From assembly GCA_964016885.1 (NCBI GenBank), contig OZ024742.1, forward strand, positions 274,908,001 to 274,972,000: a stretch of 64,000 nt of DNA. The letters are read 5' to 3'. Position numbers and translations under genes: made by a program. Below, piece by piece: positions 30,546 to 42,335 of the stretch. Positions within the stretch are counted from its first letter, which is position 1. Every line of letters begins with the position of its first letter. Source of the stretch: Eledone cirrhosa (Eukaryota). Under the pieces are notes generated by a model that was not told the DNA's origin, made no database searches, and saw only the letters and a program-made list of their open reading frames with translations.

Positions 30546-31190
30546 GAAGCTAGTGCAGTGCACTGTACCTGTGAAAGGGGTTCTACTGAAGCATGTAGAG
30601 AATTTCAAGTGATGGAAGGCAGAAGGCTGAATTAAGTGCAGGAAGTGCAGAAATCGCTTTCATAAAGGTATACCATAATACACACCGGAGGCATAAATAT
30701 TAAACAACATCTACGGTATCCAATTGTGTCCATAGCAGCCACTGTGAAAATATAACTCTTTTGAGTGTGTGCATTTATATTTGCATGCACGCACTCGCGT
30801 ATTCATTCGAATCTTTCCTTTCAGTCTTCGTTGAAGGTACCTATGTACCTGCCTAAATGATTTAAATGAATATGTTTGTGCATGTATACGTTTATGTGTA
30901 TATTTGTATATGTATATATACATGTGTGTGTGTATGTATGCATCTGTATGAGTGGTTGCCTGAATATAGGTAGGTATGTATTAAAAAATAAAATTGTTTT
31001 TGCACTAAATGTATTCGTGAGTGAATAATAATAATATTATAATATCATAATATTATTGATAATCGGTTTGTTTGCAAGTAAACAGCCTTATAAACACCAC
31101 GTGCCAGATGTTTCTTTTTAATTTTCGGCAAAGCCAGCCGTAAAATCAATCGGTATGCTGTTCCAGTAGGTAGCAGTGAAGAGAATACTT

Positions 31191-31231
31191 AATCTTGTTA
31201 AGGAGCTAACACTCCGAAACAATTGTCGATT
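31191..31231 (+). ncRNA. Minimal type I hammerhead, U3-A8 core with an A6T change
   Basis: AATC-TTGTTAA-GGAG(CTAACA)CTCC-GAA-ACAATTGT-C^GATT; all three stems pair. Confidence 0.7.
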
Positions 31232-32487
31232 GTTTTCCCTCAGCTACCGTTGACATGGAGTCTATGAGGCTGTTTGCTTGCTAACATATCTAATATTAAT
31301 AATATTATATAATTATTTTAATATTATTATTATTCACTCACAATTACATATACATTTATATATATGTGTGTGTGTGTGTATATATATAAATATATATAAG
31401 TGTTTCCTAACTCTCCGTTTCCCCTACCTTACCTTCTTTCCTCTACTTCGTACCTTTTTACCTCTATTTCTCCCCTTTCTCCTACTCCTCAGTCTCTCCA
31501 CACTGCTGCCATTGTCTCTTCTGTCATCTCTTTACCCCCACTTTCAATTTGTTCGTCTCCTGTTATCATTGCTTACTTACAATTATTGTGCTCGTAGACA
31601 CCACTCCACCGCCTTCCTACTTTTCCTCCCTTACTTCCATGTTCGTCCTTTTCCTCCAATTCCTCCTCTCATTCACTGCCTTTCATTCCTTCGCTTCTTA
31701 ATTATCCTTAATCTCCTCATTCTCCACCTTTCCCCCTTCTTACATCTATTTCCTATTCCTCCCTTTTCTCCATTTTATCACTCCCTTCCCCTTTCTCTCC
31801 CCTCTCCCCCCTCATCTCTCTCTTTCTGCACACTCATTACTCTCATCAATTCTGCCTCTCCTTCCTCTTAATGTTTCCCCTGTTCCCCTATTTCTCCTTT
31901 TTTATCCCTATTTCTCCTATTCCTAACCTTCACTCTTTTCTTTTCCTCCCATCTTCCTTCTCCTAACTTTCCATCACCTATCCCCCACCCACTTTTCAAC
32001 TGATCTTTTTTTGGATATACACGAATAATTCTCTGGTCGTCTGAGATACATCAATTTCCATTTAAATTTACCATGGTTTTAAATTTCAATCTCCAAATGC
32101 CGATAATTGAGACTTTGCTTGAAATTACATCCCCCAAGTAGGGAATGTGAGGCTGTGCAACAACTAACAATTTAAGGGCTGGTCTAGTGCTATTTAGGAA
32201 GGCATAATTTCTCCTTAATTGTGTATCCACCTTGGATGTATGAACCGCATAGTGGGTTGTGTCCTTATTTGAACTCGAAACAACAAGGTATTTTCCGATA
32301 TTCTAGTGATTCTGCTAATACATATAGCGACGTAACACAATAAAAAAAACGCGTTCTTTGCATCTAATCTATTAAAGAAATGCAGAATTGTTATTCCTTA
32401 TCTGTTAACAGATGTGTTAAAAGCAAGTAGCAATGTAAAGGTGAAACTATTGAAATATAAAATTATATAATATGGAAAACATCTCAC

Positions 32488-32541
32488 CTTCACCATTACA
32501 ACATCAAAAACAGCATACGGTATCATAAGATGCAACAACAC
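32488..32541 (-). CDS. Candidate 54-nt host exon (VLLHLMIPYAVFDVVMVK, phase 0)
   Basis: Acceptor TTGTTCTAG| and donor AAG|GTGAGA. Only one frame is open and the length is a multiple of 3. No homology recognised. Confidence 0.25.
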
Positions 32542-32883
32542 CTAGAACAACTAAGACGACAGCATAAATTTCATATCATTTCACACAATTTTCATAATTT
32601 GGTTTGCCCAAATCAAAGATGTTTCTTCATAGTTTAGCTTTATTTCGATATCGCCTTTCCTATTAAGAGATAAATATTTGGAAAACTGTCTTCTGTGAAC
32701 TCTTGAAATATGTCGATAATAATTCATTCAAAATACGAATAAAGAAAGATGAAAGAAAACATCTACAATATACGAATATGTTTCCATATATATATGAAAT
32801 GTATTATGCTCAGATACAGAAACTAACTTAAAACATTCGGTTGCTATAAATCGGTTAAAAGCCCCTTACAGATTGAGAAACAT

Positions 32884-32956
32884 TGGTGCTAGAGGGAATC
32901 GAACCTATTATCTCTCTGATATCTCCTAACAGCTCTCAACATTGAGCTAAGGGATC
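32884..32956 (-). pseudogene. tRNA-like pseudogene or SINE head
   Basis: TAGCTCAATGTTGAGAGC (D-arm/A-box), GGTTCGATTCCC (T-loop/B-box) and a terminal CCA. The acceptor stem does not pair. Confidence 0.55.
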
Positions 32957-33357
32957 TTTAACAACTATTACTCTCTAAATTAGGATGATGAATCAGTCTA
33001 TCGATGTCCATACACTATTTTCTAAGATATGTATTTATATTTCTATGAACTTCATAGTCTCTCAGAGCTTTGAAATTTCGAATGTACGAGGATTACATAC
33101 GATGTGTGTTGACATACCAGCCCACACACACGCACTCACATACACACACGCGCAAACACACACACACACACACACGCACTCACATACACACACGCGAAAA
33201 CACACACACACACACACACATTTCATTTTTTCCGTTTATCGTTTTCGGTGCACCCGGCCGATTAACCCACTCGATATGAAAATTGGGCTACTCAGCCGTT
33301 AATATGCATAAGGAAAGTATATACTTTCGGACGTTCAACTATCTGGCAGGAAGGTAT

Positions 33358-33400
33358 ACGTTGCTGACGATAGCTAACAAGCTTGAAACTAGTACAACGT
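33358..33400 (+). ncRNA. Minimal type I hammerhead ribozyme, apparently intact
   Basis: ACGTTG-CTGACGA-TAGC(TAACAA)GCTT-GAA-ACTAGT-A^CAACGT; 6-bp stem I and palindromic stem III. Confidence 0.88.
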
Positions 33401-33657
33401 TCCTTTGTCAGTGTTGAACAAACGAGCAACGGTGATTGCTAGACACTACGGCTTGATACGGGATGTTTGTTTACAAAGACACCGAGCATTATAATAAATG
33501 TTTGGTGAATCCATGCGTACATATATATATGTGTGCATGTATGTATATATACATACTACTGTACGTCTGTATACATATATGTATGTACGTATACATACTT
33601 ATATTTAAGTAACAGCCGTACTAAGAGTGGGAAATGAAATTACGTTTCATTTTTTCC

Positions 33658-33717
<60 letters not shown>

Positions 33718-33720
<3 letters not shown>

Positions 33721-34784
33721 TAGATGGCATATTTAATTTGTTGGAAATTCAACAAATATAAATGTTTATAACTGATTCGAAAAGTTTCTGGAGTAAATAT
33801 TCAATGATATTAAATAAATGGAAACTATATTTATAAAACCATATTTATTCTATTATATATATTTCAAGGGTACCAAAACTTTGGTACGCTTTCATTAGAT
33901 GAAATACAAAGTGTGTTTTATAAATTTTGACATAGCCAAGGAAACATACACTATCAGTTGAATTTTCACCTTTAGCAAATCTATTCTTTAAAGCACTAGA
34001 CAAATGTTTTCCTAAAGCCCACATATACCACTGAATCTTTAACAGACATACTATAAAACTATCCTATTCTACTACTATGAACATAGCACAAAATATAAAT
34101 AGAATTAATAATAGAAACTTAAACTTAAACCCTAACCAAAATAACCATAATAGCAATAATAATATTTTTAGCAATATCTAGTATAAAAGTACTGTTCCGT
34201 GCAACAACAACTCCGTAAAATGTAACTGTAGAATCAAATGAAACTGCCCTTTACAAAATAAGTGTTTAGATAAAAACGTAGTCTATAAATGCACAGTTAA
34301 AACTAGAGATAATATATTTAACTATGTCGGTGCCACTTCTACAAAATTTAAAGATCGCCGGAATAACCATAATCATTCTTTTAGAAGATCCGATAAAAAA
34401 TCTTCCACTTCTCTTTCACATCTTATATTGAAATTAAAAAGCAAGAATATAGACTATTCAATACTTTGGAAAACGATTTCGTAAGCACCTGCGTACTGAA
34501 ATATGGCTTTATCAAAATTCTGTAAATTGTGTATCGAAGAAAGTTTTTATATAATTAACTGTCAAACTCTATTAATCTCAGAACAGAATTATTTTCTTCT
34601 TGCAGACATCGCCAAAATTCCACATTCAGAACTAGGTGTAATTTATAAAATTCCTATAAATCTTCAAAATGATCCTATCTTCTTTAACAATTTAAATTTT
34701 TAATCTTTTACTATATTAATATTTCTAAATGGTAATATCTCTAATATTTGTAGTACTTTCACCTTTCAGCAAAAATTTCTTTTA

Positions 34785-34785
<1 letters not shown>
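33718..34785 (+). mobile_element. Naiad-type PLE 3' fragment (GIY-YIG) with inverted 3' end at 33718-33967
   Basis: FFKALDKCFP..IFNRHTIKLSYSTT, CNCR..CPLQNKCLDKNVVYKC..YVGATST, FCKLCIEE..SSCRH. 33805-33967 is the reverse complement of 41730-41893. Confidence 0.88.
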
Positions 34786-34808
<23 letters not shown>

Positions 34809-34815
<7 letters not shown>

Positions 34816-36812
34816 TTAGAAACACACAGATACATGCGGGGACACACATATACATGAATGCATCCACATCCAACCGTGAGTTAATGGTGCCAACCTTACC
34901 GATGTTGCTCAATGAATGACTGGGACAGACCAATCCGGTTGAATTAGACTGAACCAGTATCAGAGTTAAAAATACATTATGAAGAGAGAAGAAACATTTA
35001 GATATAATTAGTAATAAAATGTATCATACCTAAACTGCTCCTAGATTCCTCGACTACGTAGTTTCGTGGCATAAACAAAAACAATACATCATAAAGATAT
35101 AGAGTCTTTGCGAGGTCTGCCGACTTATCAAGAGGATACCTCGTTTTACTAGCTTCAAGAACGCGTCTACACGACGTGAGAAAGAATCCCAAAAGGCGGA
35201 GGGGGAGATAGTCACGCGATATAACGGTCGAGAAACAGAGCTAAGTCTCTTATAACCCCGAAAAAAATACCACGAAGGCGGAGGGGGTATTTATATCGAA
35301 GCCGTAGAAGAGGTGGTGAAGGAGGCGATAGGTATGAGTAATGGCAGCTTTCCAGCAGTCACCACACTTCAAAGATTACTCGACCAGAGGGAGTTATGAA
35401 CAATATATTTAGAAACACACAGATACATGCGGACACACACATATACATGAATGCATCCACATCCAACCGTTAGTTAATGGTGCCAACATTACCGATGTTG
35501 CTCAATGAATGACTGGGACAGACCAATCCGGTTGAATTAGACTGAACCAGTATCAGAGTTAAAAATACATTATGAAGAGAGAAGAAACATTTAGATATAA
35601 TTAGTAATAAAATGTATCATACCTAAACTGCTCCTACATTCCTCGACTACGTAGTTTCGTGGCATAAACAAAAACAAAACATCATAAAGATATAGAGTCT
35701 TTGCGAGGTCTGCCGACTTATCAAGAGGATACCTCGTTTTACTAGCTTCAAGAACGCGTCTACATGACGTGAGAAATAATCCCAAAAGGCGGAGAGGGAG
35801 ATAGTCACGCGATATAACGGTCGAGAAACAGAGCTAAGTCTCTTATAACCCCGAAGAAAATACCACGAAGGCGGAGGGGGTATTTATATCGAAGCCGTAG
35901 AAGAGGTGGTGAAGGAGGCGAGAAGTATGAGTAATGGCAGCTTTCCAGCAGTCACAACACTTCAAAGATTACTCGACCAGAGGGAGTTATGAACAATATA
36001 TTTAGAAACACACAGATACATGCGGACACACACATATACATGAATTCATTCACATCCAACCGTTAGTTAATGGTGCCAACCTTACCGATGTTGCTCAATG
36101 AATGACTGGGACAGACCAATCCGGTTGAATTAGACTGAACCAGTATCAGAGTTAAAAATACATTATGAAGAGAGAAGAAACATTTAGATATAATTAGTAA
36201 TAAAATGTATCATACCTAAACTGCTCCTAGATTCCTCGACTACGTAGTTTCGTGGCATAAACAAAACCAATACATCATAAAGATATAGTCTTTGCGAGGT
36301 CTGCCGACTTATCAAGAGGATACCTCGTTTTACTAGCTTCAAGAACGCGTCTACACGACGTGAGAAAGAATCCCAAAAGGCGGAGGGGGAGATAGTCACG
36401 CGATATAACGGTCGAGAAACAGAGCTAAGCCTCTTATAACCCCGAAGAAAATACCACGAAGGCGGAGGGGGTATTTATATCGAAGCCGTAGAAGAGGTGG
36501 TGAAGGAGACGATAAGTATGAGTAATGGCAGCTTTCCAGCAGTCACCACACTTCAAAGATTACTCGACCAGAGTGAGTTATGAACAATATATTTAGAAAC
36601 ACACAGATACATGCGGACACACATATACATGAATGCATCCACATCCAACCGTGAGTTAATGGTCCCAACCTTACCGATGTTGCTCAATGAATGACTGGGA
36701 CAGACCAATCCGGTTGAATTAGACTGAACCAGTATGAGAGTTAAAAATACATTATGAAGAGAGAAGAAACATTTAGATATAATTAGTAATAAAATGTATC
36801 ATACCTAAACTG

Positions 36813-36814
<2 letters not shown>
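34809..36814 (-). mobile_element. Tandem array of about 3.4 copies of a 593-bp non-coding unit with one hammerhead per unit (retrozyme-like), flanked by (TA)n
   Basis: Unit starts at 34809, 35402, 35995 and 36586; copies nearly identical. HHRs at about 35042-35141, 35635-35734 and 36228-36325. Confidence 0.85.
35042..35141 (-). ncRNA. Type I hammerhead with U3-A8 core and long stem II (copy 1 of 3)
   Basis: AGGT-A-TCCTC-TTGATAA-GT(C)GGCA..TGCCAC-GAA-ACTACGTAGT-C^GAGGAATCT; predicted cleavage between 35052 and 35051. Confidence 0.8.
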
Positions 36815-36885
<71 letters not shown>

Positions 36886-36890
<5 letters not shown>

Positions 36891-37232
36891 CCGGCTCAAC
36901 CCCGATCTAATCCGCCGCGACCTTTCTCCGAACTTTACACACCTTCCCACACTTGGTCTTTCCTTCCACGCATTACGTCTGTTTGATTTTGTTACTGTAC
37001 TTGTATTTTTTTCGTATAAGATTCTTTGCCTGTTTACTTACAATTGTATTTCTATGCTCTCCACCACTCCCCTACACACCCTTTGAACTCTGTTCCCACA
37101 CACTTCTCACCTGAGGAAGGGCTTATGCCCGAAACGTCGTCCCCCACCAACATCCCACTCTCCAGAGCGTTAAATTAATAAACATTCGTTGTACTGCCTC
37201 TCTGTTTTGTCCCTGTTCAAATTTTTCCATCC
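36886..37232 (+). mobile_element. Solo PLE pLTR fragment with a minimal hammerhead at 37108-37141
   Basis: AC-CTGAGGA-AGGGC(TTAT)GCCC-GAA-ACGT-C^GT, then AATAAA; (TA)n on both sides. Confidence 0.75.
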
Positions 37233-37256
37233 TATATATATATATATATATATATA

Positions 37257-40200
37257 AGAGAGTATTGAAGTTTGCTTGAAGCATTGTGGAATAATAAGGT
37301 AAATTTCTTTAAGTCGTTTGGAAGCCTCGACAATGCAGATAGGTAAATCTCCGGTTAACAAGATCCGGTGGTGGAGAGAGACGTAAGTGGGTGTACGTTG
37401 AGATGCGTGGCGTGTATAAGACTGTAACGTGTACAGGAATGAAGGAAAGAGCGTAAAGGATATAAATAAAAATAACAACACGAGAAAGAGTTACCTTGGG
37501 AAAGATTTAATTGTCCCTATATATTTCGGATTCACATCTATCAACTGGGTTTTTTTCTGGGGGGGGGGGGAGGTTGTCTGTCGGAAAGGTGCGAAACGTG
37601 TCCTCCACTGTTCGTTGTTTTGAATACCTGAGGTATTCAGCAGAACGCGCGTGTGCATGAAATGGGGTCGGTCAGGCAGAGGTCAGAAGCCCGAGTAGTT
37701 CTTTCAATTATGGGAGTGGGGTGGCGCTAGCTGTCAGTCCATTCTCTGCCTGTTTGGTGAATGTTACTGTGTGTGTGTGTGCGTGTGTTGTTGTCCCGCT
37801 TGAGTGTGTGTGTGCGTGTGTTGTTGCCTTGTTCCTCTGTATTGGCAGTGTAGTATGTTCGTATGGTGGAATGCTACTGTGTGTGTGTCTGTGTGCGTGT
37901 GTTGCTGTCTCACTTGTGTGTGTGTGTGCGTGTGTTGCTGCATCGTTTGTTAACTTAAACCAACACACCTCATTTCGCTTCTCTCGGATCGGTTGTTTAA
38001 TTGTGGCCCCAGGCGTTTGATGCAAAGTGCTTCCTTGATACGTAACGTGCCGACGTTTATTTCTGTCGCTAGAATTGTGACAATGGGCCTTCCGTCTTTG
38101 TTTCCGCATTTGGCTATGTGTTTCCGGAAAGACGAGGCTCTGGTTTTAGTGTGTTCCTTGATCCGGATGTGCAACGGCCGGATTGTGCTACCTATATAGT
38201 ATTGGTTGCACTTGTTACATTCTATTTTATACACGACGTATGTGCGTAGGCAACAGTTCGTATGGCGCATCGGGCAGTCTCTGAGGGAGCACGCGTCAGT
38301 TGATTTCCCGGGTTTCCTGGAGAGGCATCTTCGCAGGGAGGGGCCCGAGTAGGCCAAGTGGATGTCGAGGCCCTCCCTCCGTATAGCCTTGTGCTTTGCG
38401 TTGGTGGTATTATTGCCCAGGTGTGGCATTTTAAGGAAGCACTTGCCTTGGGTGCCTCTCTGTCTCCTGTGTCTGGTGTCTCCTACTCTGTCTGTCAGCG
38501 AGGTAGGGTACCCGTTCGTCTCCAGCACCTCGAGGAATCGCTTGGTATGAGTGACACCACTCGCGGGATCGCTGCATCTGTTTTTGATACGCGCGATCTC
38601 GTTCGTGATATATCCTCTTTTGGTACTGTTAGGGTGGGCGGACTTGTAGTGGACTAACAGGTCCCTGCAGGCTGCCTTTTGCTAGAAGTTGCAGTGGATC
38701 CCTCCCTGTTCCGTGATGTTAATTCGAAAGTCGAGGAGGGCAAGTGACCCGTCGTCGTTGGGGTGTTCAACACTGAAGTCAATGTTCTCGTCCGTGTTGT
38801 TGAACGTCTCATAGATTCTGTTCGCCATGTCTTGGGAAGATGTGAGGATGAGGATATCGTCCACGTACCTTGAGAAAAAGGCGACGGCGTTGGGGTGGCA
38901 GGCGTTGAGTGCCTTGCGCTCGAGGCTGTCCATGTAAGAGATCGCTAGCACACCCGACAGGCTTGATCCCATGGGCAGTCCCGAGGTTTGTTGGTATGTT
39001 TGGTCAAGGTGTCCGAAGTAGGTGTTGTCGACGACGATGAATACGAGTTGGTGGATGTCAGTGATGGTGAGCCCGAAGCAGTGTAGGTCGGTGGATTGGA
39101 CGCGTTCCATCAGTATATTGACGGCCGGGAGTGCCGGGACCGAGGTGTAGAGTGCGACTACATCAAGGCTGAAGGCATATCTATTATTCTTTCTGGTGTC
39201 GGGATCCATTTGATGCAGGCGCTTCAACACCTCCTCGGAGCTGTTAACGTGTCCCTGCAAGCTGTCTAAGATGGGTTTGAGTATTCTGGCTAAGAGCCAT
39301 GAAATTTTGTAGAGTGGTCCGATGTTGAGTTTGAGTCTGTCGTCGAGTCGTTGTGAGACGATGAACTTGGGTCCGAGGTGTAGGAGTTGCAGCTCGTCGC
39401 TCGTGAGAGTGCCGGTTATGTCGCTGACCAGGTGCGTCGCATCGTTGAGGTGTGGCTCGGTGTTGGTGGATGCGGCGGTGGCGGTTGTTAAGTTGTTGTT
39501 TTCCACGTGGTTCTGGTCCGTCTGTTCGTTAGTGTCGATGTTCTTATTGTGGAGTTTAGACAACATCCACTCATATTTCCGCTTGAGCCGTTTTTTCTCG
39601 TATTGGACTCTGGAGTGGTAGCACTGGTCGATTGCTTTAGTGATTTTCAGGAGCAAGTCGCCAGAGAGGCACCCAAGGCAAGTGCTTCCTTAAAATGCCA
39701 CACCTGGGCAAGAATACCACCAACGCTATCCGCAAGGCTATACGGAGGGAGGGCCTCGACATCCACTTGGCCTACTCGGGCCCCTCCCTACGAAGATGCC
39801 TCTCCAGGAAACCCGGGAAATCAACTGACGCGTGGTCCCTCAGCGACTGCCCGATGCGCCATGCGAACTGTTGCCTACGCACATACGTCGTGTATAAAAT
39901 AGAATGTAACAAGTGCAACCAATACTATATAGGTAGCACAATCCGGCCGTTGCACATCCGGATCAAGGAACACACTGAAACCAGGGCCTCGCTTTCCGAA
40001 AACACATAGCCAAATGCGGAAACAAAGACGGAAGGCCTATTGTCACAATTCTAGCGACAGAAAGAAACGTCGGCACGTTACGTATCAAGGAAGCACTTTG
40101 CATCAAACGCCTGGGGCCACAATTAAACAACCGATCCGAGAGAAGCGGAATGAGGTGGTTGGTTTAAGTTAACAAACGATGCAGCAACACACGCACACAC

Positions 40201-40840
40201 ACACACAAGTGAGACAGCAACACACGCACACAGACACACACACACAGTAGCATTCCACCATACGAACATACTACACTGCCAATACAGAGGAACAAGGCAA
40301 CAACACACGCACACACACACACACACTCAAGCGAGACAACAACACACGCACACACACACACACACAGTAACATTCACCAAACAGGCAGAGAATGGACTGA
40401 CAGCTAGCGCCACTCCACTCCCATAATTGAAAGAACTACTTCGGCCGCTGACCTCTGCCTGACCGACCCCATTTCACGCGCACGCGCGCTCTACTGAATA
40501 CCTCAGATATTCAAAACAACGAACAGCGGAGGACACGTTTCGCACCTTTCCGACAGACAACCTCCCCCCCCCCCCTCCTGGAAAAAAACCCAGTTGATGG
40601 ATGTGAATCCGAAATATATAGGAACAATTAAATCTCTCCCAAGGTAACTCTTTCTTGTGTTGTTATTTTTATTTTTATCCTTTACGCTCTTTCCTTCATT
40701 CCTGTACACGTTACAGTCTTATACACGCCACGCATCTCAACGTACACCCACTTACATCTCTCTCCACCACCGGATCTTGTTACCCGGAGATTTACCTATC
40801 TGCATTGTCGAGGCTTCCAAACGACTTAAAGAAATTTACC
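37257..40840 (-). mobile_element. Penelope/Poseidon-type PLE, 5'-truncated, with a 1.17-kb inverted copy of its 3' end
   Basis: RT 38682-39656 (SLDVVALYTSVP, GLPMGSSLS, RYVDDIL) reads in frame through one stop into GIY-YIG 37950-38528 (VVYKIEC..YIGST). Arms 37298-38462 and 39662-40840 are inverted. Confidence 0.93.
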
Positions 40841-41790
40841 ATATATATATATATATTAAAAGAAATTGTTGCTGAAAGGTGAAAGTACTATAAATATTAG
40901 AGATATTACCGTTTAGAAATATTGATATATATTAATAACCATTAACTGACATTAGAAAAATATACCCTATTCAAGACGATTTTTTTTAAACATTCACACT
41001 TCTTTCGACTAAATAATTAATTAATCTTACACTAACTCTTAAAAAAATTATCGATTAACAAACAAAATTGGAGTTAAATTTCCTTTCTCAATCATATGAA
41101 CTTATTACATTAGTATATACGTAACTCCGTTAAATTAAAACATTCTCAAAGCCGAACAAGATATTCAAATATATAAATTCATAATTTTACCTACCTATTT
41201 ATTTACATAAAATACAAAACCATCATCCCTCGTAACTCATATTATAAACAACCACCTAAAACTTGAACTACCTATTTATTTATTTATCTACATAAAACGC
41301 AAAATCAACACCCTCGTAACACTTATTATAAACAACTAACAATTACAAATTATCTCTTTGATACATATGCTATTATTAAAATATAAATAGATATTTATAT
41401 ATTTACCCCACTACAATATTGTAATAAGATAAATACTTACAAACATAATTCTCCATATAAATATATACATAATATAGGTAAATATTTCCCCCCCCCCCAA
41501 AAAAAAAAAATTAACGTATATAAGTGGTCTTCTTTTTCTTTTTCTTTTTTGCTTTTTCTTTCTTTTTTCTTTCTTTTTTCTTTCTTTCTCTCCTACTAAT
41601 ATATCTAAACTTTCCATAGCGTTTAAAATGACGGTTTTTCAATCATATAACTGAACCTCATTTACATATTCATTTCCATACTCATCCTAACAATTTTGAA
41701 AAATCCGTTCTTTAAATTCACTATCCAAGGAAAATTCAACTGATAAGGTATGTTTCCTTGGCTATGTCAAAATTTATAAAACACACTTTG

Positions 41791-41852
41791 TATTTTATCT
41801 GATGAAAGCGTACCAAAGTTTTTGGTACCGTTGTAATATATATAATAGAATA
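41791..41852 (+). ncRNA. Hammerhead at the 3' end of the interrupted Naiad (inverted twin at 33846-33906)
   Basis: TATTTTAT-CTGATGA-AAGCGTACCAAA..TTTGGTACCGTT-GTAA-TATATAT-A^ATAGAATA. The twin keeps GAAA but has CTAATGA. Confidence 0.7.
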
Positions 41853-41929
41853 AATATGGTTTTATAAATTTAGTTTCCATTTATTTAATATCATTTATTA
41901 AATATATGTTTATACATATATAAAAATCG

Positions 41930-42220
41930 TTTTGGAAGCCTCAATAATGCAGATGGTTAAATCCCCGGGTAACAAAATCAGGTGGTATTGAGAGAGCATA
42001 GACTTTATTGGTCTTAACAAGGGGATCCCTCTGTAAATGGAGCAATCTCTTGTCTACCTTTTTGAAAATTGGGATTATTATTCTTGATTGCCATTGCTTA
42101 GGTTCCTTTCCTAAAACCCATGTGAACCAGCACATACGAGTCAGCCAGTGAAAGGCTTTTAACGTCTCATGCCAGATTTTGTCTTCCCCCGCAGCTTTGC
42201 ATATTTGAACTCTTTAGCTG
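41930..42220 (-). mobile_element. RTE-clade LINE RT fragment
   Basis: KAAGEDKI..WLTRMCWFTWVLGKEPKQWQSRIIIPIFKKVDKR. Confidence 0.75.
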
Positions 42221-42240
42221 CACACACACACTCTTCAAAT

Positions 42241-42335
42241 ATAATTGTTTATACTTTAGGCACAAGGCCAGCAATTACCCAGTACATTACTGGTACTTTA
42301 TTTTATCGACCCCGTAAGGATGAAAGGCAAAGTCA
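42241..42335 (-). mobile_element. SINE 3' fragment
   Basis: Matches the 3' half of the copies at 29005 and 43137. Confidence 0.8.

Noticed and set aside
32884-32956. Functional tRNA gene
   Set aside because: Acceptor and anticodon stems do not pair, and a genomic CCA suggests a retrocopy.
33969-34300. TGA codons in a Naiad fragment as a selenoprotein signal (reported for some Naiads)
   Set aside because: The TGAs fall at non-Cys positions. The zinc-finger Cys codons in the Naiad copies checked are TGT/TGC.
34745-34778. Hammerhead-like TTTG-CTGAAAG-GT-GAAAGTACTA-CAAA in the inverted arms
   Set aside because: No stem II and wrong positions 8-9; at most a collapsed remnant.
35336-35381. Second hammerhead in the 593-bp unit (GAGTAAT/ATTACTC stem with GAAA)
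   Set aside because: No valid 5' core or cleavage triplet; better explained as a hairpin with a GGAA tetraloop.
34998-36399. 64-71 aa ORFs in the 593-bp units
   Set aside because: Non-ATG starts, overlap with the ribozyme, and copy 3 has a 2-nt deletion shifting the frame.
34809-36814. CRISPR array or LTR retrotransposon
   Set aside because: No repeat-spacer alternation, no TG..CA ends or primer-binding site, and the context is eukaryotic.
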